The translations under genes were made by a program, and so were the position numbers. Positions 1 through 8,208 of a stretch of 26,628 bases of DNA are shown here, one piece after another (within the stretch, counting starts at the first letter, position 1; every line of letters begins with the position of its first letter). The notes under the pieces are model-generated. The model was not told the DNA's origin. It searched no databases and saw nothing but the letters and a program-made list of their open reading frames with translations. The stretch is from an uncultured Verrucomicrobiota bacterium (GTDB taxonomy: Bacteria > Verrucomicrobiota > Kiritimatiellia > RFP12 > UBA1067): contig CALYTX010000001.1 in assembly GCA_945487985.1 (NCBI GenBank), positions 1 through 26,628 of the forward strand. Reading direction: 5' to 3'.

Positions 1-2501
1 TAGCCGGGATCGTCCTTGCCCTTTACCGGCGGCAAATCCTTCGCTTTCGTCCGCCGGCCCTGCGACTCGCCGTTAAGAAATAGCTCGGCCGAATCGCCGC
101 TGGTGTAGCAGACGACCGTTATCTTCTCGCCTTCATGCCCTTCCCAGTTCCAGTGCGGCAGCAGATGAACCGTAGGCGAGCGCTCGTTCCACACCGACCG
201 GTAAAGATAGAACCGATCTTTCGGCAGCCCCGTCAAATCACAGATACCGAAGAAGGAACTGCGATTGGTCTGCCATTCTGGGCTGGGCTCGCCGAGATAG
301 TCAACGCCTGTCCAGACGAACTCTCCCGCGCAATAACTGTCGCGCCGCATCCGCGCCAGATCGGCATCGGCGATATCGGCCCATGGCGCACAGGTGCGAT
401 CGTAACTGTCGATATCGATCGCGCCGCGTCCGCCATGGTTCGCGGGTTTGTTCGTCGGCGTTAAATCGTAAAAGCCCCAGCTCGAAAACGCGCTGGCCGA
501 TTCTGAATACACAACGGGCTTGCTGGGATAGCGCTCACGCATCGCCGCATACTGTCCGCCATAGTTCCATCCTGTCAAATCCAGCGCTTCGTAATCGCCG
601 CGGCCAATCGCCGCCTGATAGCAACAGCCGATGCCGACCGGACGGGTGGCATCTTCCGCCAGAACCACCTCGCGGAACTTCCGGCAGCGTTCAGCGGTCG
701 TACCCTGCGGGTAGCTGGCGTCGGCTGGTCGAATCTCGTTGCCGATCGACCAGACAACGACCGAAGGATGATTGCGGTCGCGGCGGACGAATTCGCGCAG
801 ATTGCGTGCAACGACCTCATCAACATTCTCGCCGTCGATGATTCCGGCCGTGGCGTCCCACTTGTCGAAACATTCATTCCAGACCAGAAATCCCATCTCG
901 TCGCAGAGATCGAGCAACTGTGGATCGCAGATATTGTGTGCCGTACGCACGGCGTTGGCGCCCATATCCTTCATGATTGCGAGCCGCCGCCGCATCTCGC
1001 TGCGGTCGAAGGCCATGCCGAGCGGACCGAGATCAGAATGCAGATTCACGCCCTTAAGCTGCAGTCGCTTACCATTGAGGAAGAAACCCGTGTCGGTGAA
1101 TTCGGCCGTGCGAATACCAAAACGGAACTTGCGACCCAGCACGCTGTAGGGATAGAGATATGGATCGTCGGGGCTCCACAGCCGTGGATACGCGATATGA
1201 AGTTCTTCGACCACGTTCGTTTCAGGCTTTCCATACTTGATTCGCACCAGCGCGCGCTCCTTGGAAATCTCCGGCACGGTAATCTTAAGCGAACCGTAGA
1301 GGATTCTCTCGCGAGCATCGTCGATAACCACCGTAACATCTCGCACGATACCGGCGCCGGGATACCAGCGGCTGACATGCCGAGAAGTGTCGACTCGGAC
1401 AACCAAATCGTTGTCGACGCCGAATTTGACCTTTCCGGAAACATCCAGCTCGAAGGAAGCGTAGCCGTAGTCCCAACCACCGACCTTCTCGCCGTTTAGA
1501 TACACTTCGGGACGCGACATCACGCCATTGAACCTGATTCCGACATAAGAACCAGCGGCCGACGGAGGCAGGCGCAACTTGCGCCGGTAGTAACCAACTC
1601 CGCGCCACGGCAGCTTGCCCGTACAGCCGTTGGTGCAAGCGGTGGAAAAAGGACCTTCAATCGCCCAATCGTGCGGTATGCGCACGCTTCTCCAGACAAG
1701 ATTCGTGTCGGCGAATCCATTATCCAAAGCGTGCACGCCTGCGCTTTCCGGGCAAGTATCTTTCCATACTTGCGCGAACTGCCATGAATCGCGAATCACC
1801 GTTTCACCCGCGCGCGGATTGCCCGACTCGAGCACATGGCGAACCTGCTCCTCCACAACGCCCTTCGTCTTCGCATCGGGAGCAAGCACGTATCCGCGCA
1901 GGCGGTAGGGCATCCAGCCGACGGTCCAGCCCGTGTCGCGGAAGGGAAGGTCAAAAAGTGCCGGGTCGGCCAAAATGTCATCGCTCGTGCCCGAGAGCCC
2001 ATCGGGTCCGCAGGAATATAGCGTAGGATTCTCGGCCTCGCCGTTGTACACGTAGCCATAGTCGCGTTGCCAAGGGTCTTTGACTATCTGGCGCACATAC
2101 GGGCCGTCCCATCCGGATTTGGCGACCGTGGTTGAAGCGAGTTCTGCCAATCCTTCAGCGGTGGTTGGATAGCAACCCACATGATAGCGGTAGCGACCAA
2201 GAGCGATTGCCAGCGCATCAAGCGATTTACGGACATTGATTTGCGCCTTGGTTGGCTGCGGCGGACGCGACGGCCCGAGTTTGGCGAAGATCATCGAGGC
2301 GATCATTGCCATTCCGACGATGATTGCACCGTAGAACAGCATTCCCTTCTTCATCGCCGGGGCGCCCGAGCGAACTACTTCGGCTCGCTTGCGCTCGTAT
2401 TCGCGCCGGATACCCTTGATTGCGGCCGCCTTGCGGCGGCGCTGCTCGGCACTGTCGCGCCGGGGAGGAAATTTCTTACGAAGATTGTCCAAACCATCCA
2501 T
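1..2501 (-). CDS. GspG/T2SSG-like pseudopilin domain fused to GH2 beta-galactosidase-like glycoside hydrolase (3' end runs off the window; at least 833 aa)
   Basis: Hand-translated with no stop from ATG 2499-2501 (GGAGG 7 nt upstream) to the edge. Basic leader; hydrophobic helix MLFYGAIIVGMAMIASMIF; GspG motifs ALGRYRYHVGCYPTTAEGLAEL, WDGPY, KDPW, LYSCGPDGLSGTSDDI. Then GH2 motifs IPHDWAIEGPF, GVGYYRR, RWYPGAGIVRD, FGIRT, LKGVNLHSDLGPLG, DRNHPSVVVWSIGNE, VYSES, GEFVWTGVDYLGEP, PHWNWEG. Confidence 0.9.
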   Translation of the reverse strand, partial: MDGLDNLRKKFPPRRDSAEQRRRKAAAIKGIRREYERKRAEVVRSGAPAMKKGMLFYGAIIVGMAMIASMIFAKLGPSRPPQPTKAQINVRKSLDALAIALGRYRYHVGCYPTTAEGLAELASTTVAKSGWDGPYVRQIVKDPWQRDYGYVYNGEAENPTLYSCGPDGLSGTSDDILADPALFDLPFRDTGWTVGWMPYRLRGYVLAPDAKTKGVVEEQVRHVLESGNPRAGETVIRDSWQFAQVWKDTCPESAGVHALDNGFADTNLVWRSVRIPHDWAIEGPFSTACTNGCTGKLPWRGVGYYRRKLRLPPSAAGSYVGIRFNGVMSRPEVYLNGEKVGGWDYGYASFELDVSGKVKFGVDNDLVVRVDTSRHVSRWYPGAGIVRDVTVVIDDARERILYGSLKITVPEISKERALVRIKYGKPETNVVEELHIAYPRLWSPDDPYLYPYSVLGRKFRFGIRTAEFTDTGFFLNGKRLQLKGVNLHSDLGPLGMAFDRSEMRRRLAIMKDMGANAVRTAHNICDPQLLDLCDEMGFLVWNECFDKWDATAGIIDGENVDEVVARNLREFVRRDRNHPSVVVWSIGNEIRPADASYPQGTTAERCRKFREVVLAEDATRPVGIGCCYQAAIGRGDYEALDLTGWNYGGQYAAMRERYPSKPVVYSESASAFSSWGFYDLTPTNKPANHGGRGAIDIDSYDRTCAPWADIADADLARMRRDSYCAGEFVWTGVDYLGEPSPEWQTNRSSFFGICDLTGLPKDRFYLYRSVWNERSPTVHLLPHWNWEGHEGEKITVVCYTSGDSAELFLNGESQGRRTKAKDLPPVKGKDDPG

Positions 2502-2515
2502 GCGGAAACCTCCAC

Positions 2516-3805
2516 TTAGGTTATTGTCTCAAGAATCAGCGAACCAGTCGGCGGCGGCTGCGAGCCGATGACGAAAGCCTTCATCAGTTCCGCGGCGCAT
2601 TTCTCGAGCCCGTCCGGATCACCCGAACGCTCGAGCGTGGCCAGCGGAGCGCCGGCGACAACTTTCGCGCCGACTCCTACCGCCAGCGTCACGCCCGCGA
2701 GCGGATCTATCCGGTCGCCGGCGGCCAAACGCCCGGCGCCGAGCGCGAGCGCCGCGCGTGCGACTTTCTCGGCGTCGATGGCCGTAATGTAGCCCGAACG
2801 CATGGCCTGGATACGAAACTTGAAGGTGGGGCGCTCGCGCAACTCTGCAAACCGCGCCAGATTGCCACCGTGCCGCACGACCATCGCCTCAAACTTGGCG
2901 AACGCCGAACCATCCGCCAGCCGAGTCCGGCAAAGCTCGCGCGCATTCTCCAGCTCCATCGGCAGTGCAAGCGCAACCATCCATGCGGCCAGTTCGATGC
3001 AAAGCTCCACATCCGCACCGCCGCGCTCACCCTTGAGCAGCGAAATCGCCTCGGCAACTTCGTTCGCGTTGCCGACGGCGCATCCAAGCGGCGCGTTCAT
3101 GTCGGTAACGAGCGCGACCGCGCGGCGACCGGCCGCCTTTGCGCCGGCAACGAGCGCCGCGGCCAATTCGTGCGCCTCGGCTGGGGTCTTCATAAAAGCC
3201 CCGCGGCCGCACTTCACATCAAAAACCAGCGCCGAGGCGCCTTCGGCAAGTTTCTTGGAAAGTATCGACGAGACGATAAGCGGAATCGAGGCAACCGTTC
3301 CAGTCACATCGCGCAAGGCGTAGAGTTTTTTGTCCGCCGGGGTGATTTCAGCAGTCTGAACCGTCATCGAAACGCCAGTTTCGGAGACGACCCGGCGGAA
3401 TTCAGCAAGCGAAAGCGATGCATTGTAACCAGGAATCGACTCCAATTTGTCGGCCGTTCCGCCCGTGAGCCCCAGTCCGCGGCCGGTAAGGGAAGGCACA
3501 TGCACGCCGCAGGCGGCGGCCAACGGCTGCACGACCAGCGAGAGCTTATCGCCCACGCCGCCAGTGGAATGTTTGTCGGCGGAGGCAAACGGCCAGTCGA
3601 GGCACTCCCCTGAGCGCATCATCGCTTCAGTCAAATCGGCGGTTTCACGCTCATTCATACCCCGACAGCAGATGGCCATCGCCAAGGCCGACATCTGGTA
3701 GTCGGGAATAATCCCTTTCGTGAACAAATCGATAAACTCGCGGATTTCCGCGCTGCCCAGCGCACGACCTTCGCGCTTCTTGTCCAGCACTATCTTGGCT
3801 ATCAT
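2516..3805 (-). CDS. pdp: pyrimidine-nucleoside/thymidine phosphorylase
   Basis: DKHSTGGVGDK, SGRGLG-like TGRGLGLTGGTADKLESIPG, DKKLYALRDVTGTV, SILSKKLAEG and LVFDVKCGRGAFMK are family signatures. Confidence 0.95.
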   Translation of the reverse strand: MIAKIVLDKKREGRALGSAEIREFIDLFTKGIIPDYQMSALAMAICCRGMNERETADLTEAMMRSGECLDWPFASADKHSTGGVGDKLSLVVQPLAAACGVHVPSLTGRGLGLTGGTADKLESIPGYNASLSLAEFRRVVSETGVSMTVQTAEITPADKKLYALRDVTGTVASIPLIVSSILSKKLAEGASALVFDVKCGRGAFMKTPAEAHELAAALVAGAKAAGRRAVALVTDMNAPLGCAVGNANEVAEAISLLKGERGGADVELCIELAAWMVALALPMELENARELCRTRLADGSAFAKFEAMVVRHGGNLARFAELRERPTFKFRIQAMRSGYITAIDAEKVARAALALGAGRLAAGDRIDPLAGVTLAVGVGAKVVAGAPLATLERSGDPDGLEKCAAELMKAFVIGSQPPPTGSLILETIT

Positions 3806-4554
3806 GCAACCCCCTTTCCGACGCTTTTGCGCCAGTAGGAAAGATATTCGATATTGCCCATCTCCTTGCCCTTGATTGGCGATTCGGCCAAGCCAACAAG
3901 CTCCAGCCCCAGCCGTTGAACGGCGAAGTCGACAATGCCGTCGCGCGCGGCTTGTCGCAAGCTTTCATCCCGGACGAGTCCCCCAGGGGCCATACCCTTT
4001 CCAACTTCAAACTGCGGCTTGATAAGGGCGACTATCTCACCACCTTCTTCAAGTACGCTGCAAATAGGCGGTAGTATCAATTTAAGCGAAATAAACGAAA
4101 CATCAGTCACGGCTAATGTGGGCGTTTCCGGAAGATCTTCCCGACGCATGTAGCGAGCGTTGAAGTTTTCGCGGACCCAAACGCGCGGATCGCTTCGAAG
4201 CCGATATGCCAGCTGGTTGGTGCCTACATCTACCGCCATCACTCTCGCTGCGCCGTGCTGGAGCAGACAATCGGTGAAACCGCCGGTAGACGCGCCTACG
4301 TCGAGACACACGCGGTTTGCCGCCGAAAGCGCGGGGAAAACGTTAAAGGCGCCCTCAAGCTTCTCGCCGCCGCGAGAAACGAACCGCGGCTGTTCTGCCA
4401 CCTCGACACAAACATCCTCGTCCAACTGCCGGGACGGCTTGCGCTCCATCTGCCCCGCAACGCGCACCTTTCCTTCCATCACCAGCGCCTGCGCACGGGT
4501 GCGGCTGTCTACAAGACCTTTTTCGACAAGCAGGATATCGAGGCGCTTTTTCAC
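3802..4554 (-). CDS. tlyA: TlyA family rRNA 2'-O-methyltransferase (S4 + FtsJ-like)
   Basis: KKRLDILLVEKGL S4 start, FVSRGGEKL, LDVGASTGGFTDCLLQHGA, DVSFISL, LIKPQFEVG, SPIKG..GNIEYL. Confidence 0.95.
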   Translation of the reverse strand: MKKRLDILLVEKGLVDSRTRAQALVMEGKVRVAGQMERKPSRQLDEDVCVEVAEQPRFVSRGGEKLEGAFNVFPALSAANRVCLDVGASTGGFTDCLLQHGAARVMAVDVGTNQLAYRLRSDPRVWVRENFNARYMRREDLPETPTLAVTDVSFISLKLILPPICSVLEEGGEIVALIKPQFEVGKGMAPGGLVRDESLRQAARDGIVDFAVQRLGLELVGLAESPIKGKEMGNIEYLSYWRKSVGKGVA

Positions 4555-4561
4555 CTCGCTT

Positions 4562-5893
4562 CTACTCCTTGAGCCCCGGGGTGCCCAACAAGGTCAACTT
4601 CCGGATCTCAGAACGCGGGAAGGTCCGCTGCACGCCCATCGAAACTTCTATCGTTACGTAATCAGGTCCGTTGTTTACGAGCACTCCGCTGTGGCTGCCG
4701 GTATCCGTCACAATTTCGATATCAGGCGTAAAGACGCGCTTGAGCGCAATCTTCACTTCTTGCCCCTTTGCAGGCTCTACGGACACTTTCGACCGCGACA
4801 CCTCGTTATAGCCGCGGGCGCGCGCGGTCACGGTGTGCTCGCCCTTGGCAATGCCGTCGATCCGCAGCACGTCGCTAAATTTTGCCTTGGGGTCTTCCGA
4901 TTTCGTTTTACCGACGGTGCGTCCATCCACAATTACCGTGGCGCCCACAGGGGACGTGCGCACTTCTATCCAACCCAGCGTGCTTGACAGGCGAAACTCC
5001 TCGCGCACTGTCGCGCCGAATCCGACGGAAATGTCGCGTTCTACCGTACCGTAGTTTTGCATCTCCGCGCGCACAGTGTATTTGCCCGGCGCAAGATTGG
5101 GAATGGTCAATGGCCCCTTCCCGCGAATTTCGCCATTAAGATAAAATCGCGCTCCGTCCGGAACCGACGAGAGGATAAGCGAGCCAGGAATCCCCTCCAT
5201 GCGCACAAACAGATTCTGCCTGTCGCCCGCCGAAAGCGTAAGCTCGCGCTTCTCGTCGCGATAGCCGTCAAGGCGCAATGTCACGGCCGCCAGACCCTTG
5301 GGAATGTCGCGCACAGCTAAGGGCGTCTTGCCGCGCACCAGACCATTAACCGTAACTTCGGCACCAGCAGGCTCGCTATCGATATCGAGAATACCCGAAT
5401 CGAGAATCAACGTTTCGCTTTTCACTGCTGGCGTGCGGCCCGAAAGCTTCACTTCAACCGGACGAGGCTGGTAGCCCTGCTTCTGCAGCAGCAGCCGGTA
5501 AGACACCCCCGATTCAAGCGTAGTAATCAACCGCGGCGTCTCGCCGAGCGAAAGCCCATCAAGCGATATATTCGCCCCGGCCGGCTCCGAGACGACCAGC
5601 AGCAGACCCTTGACCGGCGCAAGCTCGGCGTGCTTCGACAGATACGCTCCTTCCCGCAGATGGAAAAACTCGTCGTGGGGTTCGCGATTTTTCATTTCGA
5701 AACGGACGTGGTGAGTGCCTTCGACCTTAAGATCGAAAAGCGTCAAGGGCGTGTTGCCGCGCACGACGCCGTCGACAACCACGCCCGCACCCTCGGGCTG
5801 GGAGGTGAAATCGACCCGGGCCGGCCGGGGAAGATCGCTGGCAATGGCCGCGAACGCGAACAGCGCCGCCGTTAGCGCGAGAGTTCCTTTCAT
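4562..5893 (-). CDS. secreted PEGA-repeat protein (about 5 PEGA domains plus small C-terminal beta domain)
   Basis: Signal peptide MKGTLALTAALFAFAAIA; five repeats of the type (T/S)xPxGAxVxxDG..xGxTPL (TSQPEGAG, VSEPAGAN, DSEPAGAE, SSVPDGAR, RTSPVGAT). Confidence 0.88.
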   Translation of the reverse strand: MKGTLALTAALFAFAAIASDLPRPARVDFTSQPEGAGVVVDGVVRGNTPLTLFDLKVEGTHHVRFEMKNREPHDEFFHLREGAYLSKHAELAPVKGLLLVVSEPAGANISLDGLSLGETPRLITTLESGVSYRLLLQKQGYQPRPVEVKLSGRTPAVKSETLILDSGILDIDSEPAGAEVTVNGLVRGKTPLAVRDIPKGLAAVTLRLDGYRDEKRELTLSAGDRQNLFVRMEGIPGSLILSSVPDGARFYLNGEIRGKGPLTIPNLAPGKYTVRAEMQNYGTVERDISVGFGATVREEFRLSSTLGWIEVRTSPVGATVIVDGRTVGKTKSEDPKAKFSDVLRIDGIAKGEHTVTARARGYNEVSRSKVSVEPAKGQEVKIALKRVFTPDIEIVTDTGSHSGVLVNNGPDYVTIEVSMGVQRTFPRSEIRKLTLLGTPGLKE

Positions 5894-7269
5894 TTCCGCT
5901 TACCCCCTTTCTTCGCACTGTTAATTCTCGCCTCGACATCAACAAGCTTGGAATTGGCTTCGGCGTGACGAGGATCAGTTTTATCAGGCACGAGATCGCA
6001 GAGAATGCGCAACTCGTCTCGCGCACGCTCCCAGTCGCCAAGGTTGATCGCCTTGTCGGCGAGAAAGCGCTGATCGCGGTAGCGCACATCAAGCTCAGCA
6101 ACGGCCCGGCGCAGCTTTTCCTTCAATTCCGGATAGGCCGCCGGCTTCGGGTTGACGGTCTCAAGATAAAAGACCGCTTCTTTGTAGGCCTTCACGGCGC
6201 TAGCGAGATTTCCATATTCGACTTCGCGCTCTTCCCACTTGCCGTCGGCAATCTGCTCGCTTTCGGTACTCAGTTCCAGCAATTTGTCACGCGAATACTG
6301 AATCGCCCAAATACCCAGCTCATTGCGCGAGAAGGTCTCCAGTGCCTCGCGGATGGGGATGAACGACTCTGGCTCGAACACGTTCTCGACGAGCACCTCC
6401 TTCATTTTGCCGCCGCGTACGAGCCGGATGCGCCAACTCTTGAGCGCATTTTCGTCTGCCGCACTCGGCCCGGAATAAACCTCGTCAAGACCATCCCAGC
6501 CAGAATTATCGAAAATTTCGCCGATGCGCGCAAGCGCCGCCTCGTTTAGGCGAGAAGATTTGTCGACATGGCGGTTTTCACTGGGAACGTCATCATAGAC
6601 GACCCTAAGCGTACCGGCGGCATCAATTGTCATCTGATAGCGGAAAATCCGCGACGAATCAGCCTCGACCTTTTCGTAATATAGCGAATCAAGACGATCA
6701 GCCTGCGCCGCGTCGGCTTCCGCCACGGGAGCCTTCGGCCGGCGGTTCTTGCCGCTGGGCACCGAGAGCACAAGCACAATTGCCGCGGTTACCGACAGCA
6801 CCGCCACAGCCCAGAGAATGTTCGCAAGCGGCGAGCGGCGCACTGGCGGCGGCTGAGCCATCTCGGCCGCTCTGGCGGCGTCCGCAGAGCTCAACCCCAA
6901 ATCAACTGCCGCGCCCTTGCGCGCCGCAGCCGCGCGCGGTTCCGCCGCGGATGGCGGCGCCTCGCCCTCCTCAACCACACAAATGCGCAGACCACCGGCC
7001 GTGACAATGTCGCCAGGCTTAAGCCCCCGGGGCTCGGCTGCGAGCTGCACACTATTGACGAACGTGCCGTTGGCGCTGGCCAAATCCATCACGCGAATGC
7101 CATCAGGGCCGTCGGGCTCGAAAAGACAGTGGCTGCGCGAAAGTTCCTCGTCTGGCACATGCACATCGTTCGACGACGAGCGTCCCAGCCGCAGACCCGT
7201 GTCGGTAACCGTAAAGCGCCTGCCGGCCAGTTCGCCATTTTCAATCAACAGTTCTGGTCGTTTGGCCAT
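5890..7269 (-). CDS. FHA-domain single-pass membrane protein with helical/TPR-like C-terminal region
   Basis: FHA motifs LGRSSSNDVHVPDEELSRSHC and MDLASANGTFVN; Ala/Pro linker; TM NILWAVAVLSVTAAIVLVLSV. Start placed at ATG 7267-7269, which overlaps the tadC stop (TGATG), not at 7341. Confidence 0.85.
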   Translation of the reverse strand: MAKRPELLIENGELAGRRFTVTDTGLRLGRSSSNDVHVPDEELSRSHCLFEPDGPDGIRVMDLASANGTFVNSVQLAAEPRGLKPGDIVTAGGLRICVVEEGEAPPSAAEPRAAAARKGAAVDLGLSSADAARAAEMAQPPPVRRSPLANILWAVAVLSVTAAIVLVLSVPSGKNRRPKAPVAEADAAQADRLDSLYYEKVEADSSRIFRYQMTIDAAGTLRVVYDDVPSENRHVDKSSRLNEAALARIGEIFDNSGWDGLDEVYSGPSAADENALKSWRIRLVRGGKMKEVLVENVFEPESFIPIREALETFSRNELGIWAIQYSRDKLLELSTESEQIADGKWEEREVEYGNLASAVKAYKEAVFYLETVNPKPAAYPELKEKLRRAVAELDVRYRDQRFLADKAINLGDWERARDELRILCDLVPDKTDPRHAEANSKLVDVEARINSAKKGGKRK

Positions 7270-8186
7270 CAGAACATTCCTTTCATTGCCTGCATCAGGA
7301 CTGGTCCCAGCAGAATGATGAATACCGCGGGAAAAATGCAAAGCATCAATGGGCCAAGCATCTTCGTAGGCGCTTCGTTGGCGAGCTTTTCGGCGCGGTC
7401 AAAGCGACGGCTGCGCAACTGCTCGGATTGGATACGCAAAATCGAACCGATCGACACCCCCAACTCGTCGGCCTGGATGAGTGCGTTGGCCACCGCCTTG
7501 AGGTCGCCCTGCCGGCAGCGCATGGCCATGTTCCGGAGCGCCTCTTTTCGCGACGAACCTACCTGTATTTCCTTGGTCATACGCAGCAGCTCCTCGTTAA
7601 GAGGATCCATCTTGCGCGTAGCGCAGTTGCGCTGAAGCGCGCTGATGAAATCCATGCCCGCCTCGACCGACAAGGTGAGAATGTCAAGCACAAAGGGCAA
7701 TGACTTCATGATCGACCAGTGGCGCTTCTTGACGGCATTCTTGAGCCACATCGTCGGCTGTAGAGCAAATAGCACAATCCCGAGCAGACAAAGCTCGATT
7801 CTGGAGCTCGTGAAGAGCGAATCGGGCAGCACCGCGCCAAAAAGGACAATCGCTACGCTCCATAGCACCCCCATCACCACCGGCACGAGAATCCGCAGTG
7901 CGACGAACTCCTTCCCGTCCACCAGTCCCTCGTAACCTCCCGCAACCAACATGGCATTGGCTTCCGTAACGGCCTTCTTAAACGACGGACGCGACACGAG
8001 CCGGTCGAGATTGCCAACGAACGGCAGCAGCATCTTGAAGGCAAGCGGAAACGAACGCTCTTGACGACGACCGTCCGCAAGCGTCACATAAGTGACTTCC
8101 CGGGCCACCGAGGCGGCGTATGCGGCCAACCCCGCAGCAGCAACCGACCAGGCCAGTATCAGCGCAATCTCCAGCGGATCGATCAT
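7269..8186 (-). CDS. tadC: Tad pilus inner-membrane platform protein (T2SSF family, TadC-like)
   Basis: LPFVLDILTLSVEAGMDF, LIQADELGVSIGSILRIQSEQLRSRRFDRAEKLANEAPTKMLGPLMLCIFPAVFIILLGP. Start at MIDPLE (8184-8186) downstream of an AAGGAG RBS. Confidence 0.9.
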   Translation of the reverse strand: MIDPLEIALILAWSVAAAGLAAYAASVAREVTYVTLADGRRQERSFPLAFKMLLPFVGNLDRLVSRPSFKKAVTEANAMLVAGGYEGLVDGKEFVALRILVPVVMGVLWSVAIVLFGAVLPDSLFTSSRIELCLLGIVLFALQPTMWLKNAVKKRHWSIMKSLPFVLDILTLSVEAGMDFISALQRNCATRKMDPLNEELLRMTKEIQVGSSRKEALRNMAMRCRQGDLKAVANALIQADELGVSIGSILRIQSEQLRSRRFDRAEKLANEAPTKMLGPLMLCIFPAVFIILLGPVLMQAMKGMF

Positions 8187-8208
8187 CGGCGGCACATCTC
8201 CTTTCTTA

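Noticed and set aside
135-2519. Plus-strand ORFs 135-464, 768-1499, 2181-2519 and small minus-strand ORFs such as 1046-1480
   Set aside because: They are antisense or off-frame shadows of the pseudopilin-GH2 gene; the three plus-strand ORFs share its codon register and have no motifs.
3802-4554. TlyA as a haemolysin virulence factor
   Set aside because: The sequence supports only the widespread rRNA methyltransferase; nothing indicates a toxin role.
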